Assembly (NCBI GenBank): GCA_034670305.1 | Contig: JAXMNT010000012.1 | Coordinates: 32,001-96,000 of the forward strand | Direction: 5' to 3' | DNA from: Deltaproteobacteria bacterium | GTDB taxonomy: Bacteria > Myxococcota_A > Polyangia > Polyangiales > Houyiibacteriaceae | Length of the DNA: 64,000 bases | Shown: positions 60,684 through 64,000 of the stretch, in pieces | Position numbering within the stretch: position 1 is the first letter of the stretch | Layout of the letters: each line of letters starts with the position of its first letter | Notes under the pieces: model-generated | Told to the model about the DNA's origin: nothing | Seen by the model: only the letters and a program-made list of their open reading frames with translations | Database searches by the model: none | Made by a program: the position numbers and the translations under genes

Positions 60684-60771
60684 CGGATCCAGATACCACG
60701 ACGCGCTCCAGACCAGAGCCACGGCGCTTGGGCGCAGAGCGGGCGCACAGGGCAGGTGGTATAGAAGCGGG

Positions 60772-62520
60772 ATGGACCGACGCGATCTTCGCTGGCTCTG
60801 CGCCTTGGTGCTCTCGATGGTCTCGCTGGGATGCGGTGGCCCAGGATCGACGACCGACGCTGGCCGAGAAGACGCGGGCGGCGTCGATGCGCCAGGCGCC
60901 GACGCACCCACCCAAGACGCACCCGGCGTGGATGCGCCCACGGCCAGCGGCCGGTTCGTCTTGGTCGACACCGCGATGGACGAACCGCAGTGGCGCGAGA
61001 CCTACCCGACGCCGTGTTACCTCGGCGACGCGCTGCAATGCGAAGCGCACGAGACCGGCGGCGGCATGGCGATCCGCGACGTGGACGGCGACGGAGACCT
61101 CGACGTGTTCTTGACCCACTTCGAAGCGGCGGACGTGCTCTACCTGAACGACGGCGGCTTCGTCTTTCGCGCCACCACCATCGCCGCCCACGCCGAGGCG
61201 CTCTACACCAATGGCGCGGCGTTCGCGGACATCGACGAAGACGGCGACGCGGACCTGCTGGTGGGCACCGTGGGCGAAGACCGGTTTCGGCTCCTCATCG
61301 GAGACGGAGCGGGCAACTTCACCGAAGAGGCGGTCGCGCGTGGCGTCGCGCAGACCGCCGCCGACGAAGACGACTTTCACTCGACGATGAGCCACTGCTT
61401 CGCGGACTACGACCTCGATGGCTTTCTGGATCTCGCCACGAGCGAATGGCGCATCGAACGCGCGACTGGCACCTCGCGCAACGCGCTCCTTCGCAACCGA
61501 GGCACCGACATGCCCGGCTTCTTCACCAACGAAACCGAAGCGCTCGGCATCGACATGATCGACGTGCCCGGCGCGACCGCCGGCGCGTGGGGGTTCACGC
61601 CGATCCTCGCAGACATGGACGGCGACGACCGACCGGATCTCTTCTTCGCGTCGGACTTCGAATCGTCCCGGGTGTTCTGGAACGACGGCGCGACGTTCTC
61701 GGACGGCACCGACGTGGCCATGGTCGGCACCGAAGAGAACGGCATGGGCGGCGCGATCGGCGACTACGACGGCGACGGAGACTTCGACTACTTCGTCACC
61801 TCGATCGACAACCCCGACTGCGCCGGTTGCGAGGTCTGGGGCAAGACCGGCAACCGCCTCTACCGCAACGATGGCGGGCGCCGCTTCACCGACGTCACCG
61901 ACGCCGCCGGCGTGCGCGGTGCGGGCTGGGCGTGGGGCACCCGCTTCTTCGACTACGATCTGGACGGCGACCTCGATCTCATCGCGACCAACGGCATGCG
62001 CAAGCCGCCCGCCACCACCAACTTCGCCACCGACCCGACCCGCCTGTGGCGCAACGAAGGCGACGGCACGTTCACCGAAGTCGCCGGCGCAATGGGTCTC
62101 GACCACGTCGGCGTCGGCCGCGGGGTCGCCACCTTCGACGCGGACGGCGACGGAGATCTGGACGTGCTGATCACCCACAACCTCGACGCGCCGGTGCTCT
62201 ACCGCAACGACGTCGGGGTGCCCGAAGACGGCGTCGGCCGCGCGTGGCTCGAAGTGCAGCCCCAGGGCAGCACCAGCAACCGCGACGGCATGGGCGCGAT
62301 CGTGCGCGTGGTCGCCACCGACGGCGCCGCCCCGATGGTGCGGCTGAGCGGCAACGGCTGCGGCTTTCTCGCCCACACCCCCGGCACCCCCCACTTCGGA
62401 CTCGGCGACCTCGAGTCCGTGGCGCGCATCGAAGTCTTCTTCCCCGCGAGCGGACGCATGGTGGTCATGACCGACGTCGCCACCCGTCAGCGTCTGGTCG
62501 TCGTCGAACCCGACGCCTGA
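60772..62520 (+). CDS. CRTAC1-family lipoprotein (FG-GAP/VCBS repeats plus ASPIC/UnbV domain)
   Basis: Repeated DxDGDGDLD motifs, LYRNDG, SNRDGMGA.V.V, HFGLG. Confidence 0.92.
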   Translation: MDRRDLRWLCALVLSMVSLGCGGPGSTTDAGREDAGGVDAPGADAPTQDAPGVDAPTASGRFVLVDTAMDEPQWRETYPTPCYLGDALQCEAHETGGGMAIRDVDGDGDLDVFLTHFEAADVLYLNDGGFVFRATTIAAHAEALYTNGAAFADIDEDGDADLLVGTVGEDRFRLLIGDGAGNFTEEAVARGVAQTAADEDDFHSTMSHCFADYDLDGFLDLATSEWRIERATGTSRNALLRNRGTDMPGFFTNETEALGIDMIDVPGATAGAWGFTPILADMDGDDRPDLFFASDFESSRVFWNDGATFSDGTDVAMVGTEENGMGGAIGDYDGDGDFDYFVTSIDNPDCAGCEVWGKTGNRLYRNDGGRRFTDVTDAAGVRGAGWAWGTRFFDYDLDGDLDLIATNGMRKPPATTNFATDPTRLWRNEGDGTFTEVAGAMGLDHVGVGRGVATFDADGDGDLDVLITHNLDAPVLYRNDVGVPEDGVGRAWLEVQPQGSTSNRDGMGAIVRVVATDGAAPMVRLSGNGCGFLAHTPGTPHFGLGDLESVARIEVFFPASGRMVVMTDVATRQRLVVVEPDA

Positions 62521-62643
62521 CATCCAGGTCCCGAAGCCGCCCCCGAAGCCGAAGGGAAGCCGGTGAAACGGCCAGCGCTCAGGAACCGGCGCTTCGGGAA
62601 CGACCCTGTTCAGCATCGCCGGATCTCTGGGTAGAGTCGCGCC

Positions 62644-63681
62644 ATGTCAAAGCCTCTCCTTCTGACCTGGACGCTGGACGAGTGGCCGCTCGCGCGTCGC
62701 TGGGCGGACTACGTCGGCTTCCCCGAGTCCGCCCGAACCGCGCTCTTCTACGCGTGGTGGGGACCGAAGTCGTCGAAGCTCTCGATCTTCGAACGCATCG
62801 ACGAACCGGACCTCGACGAAGCGGTGACCGACGCCGGGCTGTGGGTTGCGCAGCTCGGCTGGGCAGCCCTCGCCCACCACGGCGACGTGCATCAACGTTG
62901 GCAGGCGCCTCACACCGTGGTGGGTCAGCCGATCAGGTTTCTCGCCGGACCGCACTTCGGGGATCACGACGCGCGCGGCGAGTTCGGGTTTCACGCCACC
63001 GCGACGTTCGACGGCGCGCGCTCGGTCGTGGAGTCCGATGGCTTCGAGGTGTGGAAGGTCGCCGAACTGCTGAAACCAACGAAGCCGCGCGAACTCGAAG
63101 CACGCATCGACTGGATGGAGGAGGAGACGGCGGAGCCCATTCGCGCGCTCTTTCGTGGCGACACCGACGAACTCGACTTCGCCTACCTCGACGGTCTGCT
63201 CGCGCTGCCCTCCGCTTGGTCCGACCTCGACCGGCGGGTCCTCACCGCCGCAGAGTCGCGGGGAACGACGGGCCGCGATGTGATGGCGACGCTGACCGGC
63301 TCGAGCACCCTCGTCGACGAAGCGGGGATCGCGGAGCGCCAACTCGCCGAGTGGGGCTTCTCCAGTGCGCTCTCGGTCTCGGGCGAAGGCGCGTGTCACC
63401 CAGAACATGGCAGGGCGTCCGCGTACGCGGCGCTCTCAGCAACCGCGGACATGGACAGATTCATCACCGGACTCGAGGCCCACGAGGAACCCGACATCGC
63501 ATTCGTGGACGCGGTGCACCTGCTCGCCTACTTCGCACCGAAGAGCTCCCTGTGCGGCCTGTTCCTCGAACGCATCGACACCGTCATCGCCCGTTCACCC
63601 GACCCCGACGCCACGGCGGAGATGATCGCCGACGACCCGGAACTGTCCGACCTGCTGGACGCGCTGCGCTCGAGCGACTGA
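62644..63681 (+). CDS. Hypothetical protein
   Basis: 345-aa ORF with coding-like bias; TAGAGT box 6 nt before ATG. Confidence 0.75.
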   Translation: MSKPLLLTWTLDEWPLARRWADYVGFPESARTALFYAWWGPKSSKLSIFERIDEPDLDEAVTDAGLWVAQLGWAALAHHGDVHQRWQAPHTVVGQPIRFLAGPHFGDHDARGEFGFHATATFDGARSVVESDGFEVWKVAELLKPTKPRELEARIDWMEEETAEPIRALFRGDTDELDFAYLDGLLALPSAWSDLDRRVLTAAESRGTTGRDVMATLTGSSTLVDEAGIAERQLAEWGFSSALSVSGEGACHPEHGRASAYAALSATADMDRFITGLEAHEEPDIAFVDAVHLLAYFAPKSSLCGLFLERIDTVIARSPDPDATAEMIADDPELSDLLDALRSSD

Positions 63682-63707
63682 ACGGCTGAGCGACTGAACG
63701 GCTGAGC
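63672..63707. repeat. 16-bp perfect tandem duplication across a stop codon
   Basis: GAGCGACTGAACGGCT twice, followed by GAGC. Confidence 0.95.
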
Positions 63708-63714
63708 TCGAGCG

Positions 63715-64000
63715 TCAGCGGTCGAAGGCGCGCCAGGTCAACGAGATGCGGGGCTCGGCGTAGCGCTGGCGTTTGATCGCGTGGACCCAGGTCTCTTGCA
63801 CGACGTTCTCCATGTACAGCAGTGAGCCGGGTTGGAGGAGGAACGCGTGGCGTTCTTCGGGGTCGATGCGGCTTCGGTAGGTGAGGTTGCGGGCGTAGCC
63901 GAGCGAGACGATCGCGACGCCGGTGCCGGCGCGCAGCTCCGAGGTGTCGTCGGAGTGAAAACCCATCTTGCCGCGGCCATCGAGGTAGTAGTTCAAGAGG
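63715..64000 (-). CDS. AlkB-family 2OG-Fe(II) dioxygenase, 5' part outside the window
   Basis: NYY..G..MGFHSD (HxD), IVSLG, GSLLYM, WVHAI, RISLTWR. Confidence 0.9.
   Translation of the reverse strand, partial: LLNYYLDGRGKMGFHSDDTSELRAGTGVAIVSLGYARNLTYRSRIDPEERHAFLLQPGSLLYMENVVQETWVHAIKRQRYAEPRISLTWRAFDR

Overview
High-GC bacterial chromosome segment. MYXO-CTERM, DUF4215-type Cys repeats, FHA-GGDEF, a Ser/Thr kinase and many lipoproteins with DAG/DGG-rich linkers point to a myxobacterium (Polyangiales/Sandaracinus-like; inference). About 52 protein genes; no rRNA, tRNA, CRISPR array or transposase seen. Recognisable modules: a fimU-pilV-pilW-pilX-pilY1 minor-pilin operon behind a sigma-54 motif, fdhD, a CpxRA-like two-component system between a TolC-MacAB operon and an RND pump (with a CpxR box), GH43, an L,D-transpeptidase, an M23 peptidase, an Npt-type nucleotide carrier, and macro, SCP2, SMI1/KNR4 and AlkB proteins. 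Most unusual: (1) an intact stand-alone 286-aa paralogue of the RNA polymerase beta' N-terminus that keeps the sigma/NusG-binding clamp helices but lacks the zinc ribbon and the whole catalytic part (candidate sigma decoy); (2) a gene pair that may encode a split vitellogenin/MTP-like lipid-transfer protein; (3) a ~270-bp structured REP/BIME-like element present twice; (4) TANNNT boxes 5-7 nt before many start codons, implying leaderless mRNAs. All family calls come from reading motifs by eye; no searches were run.
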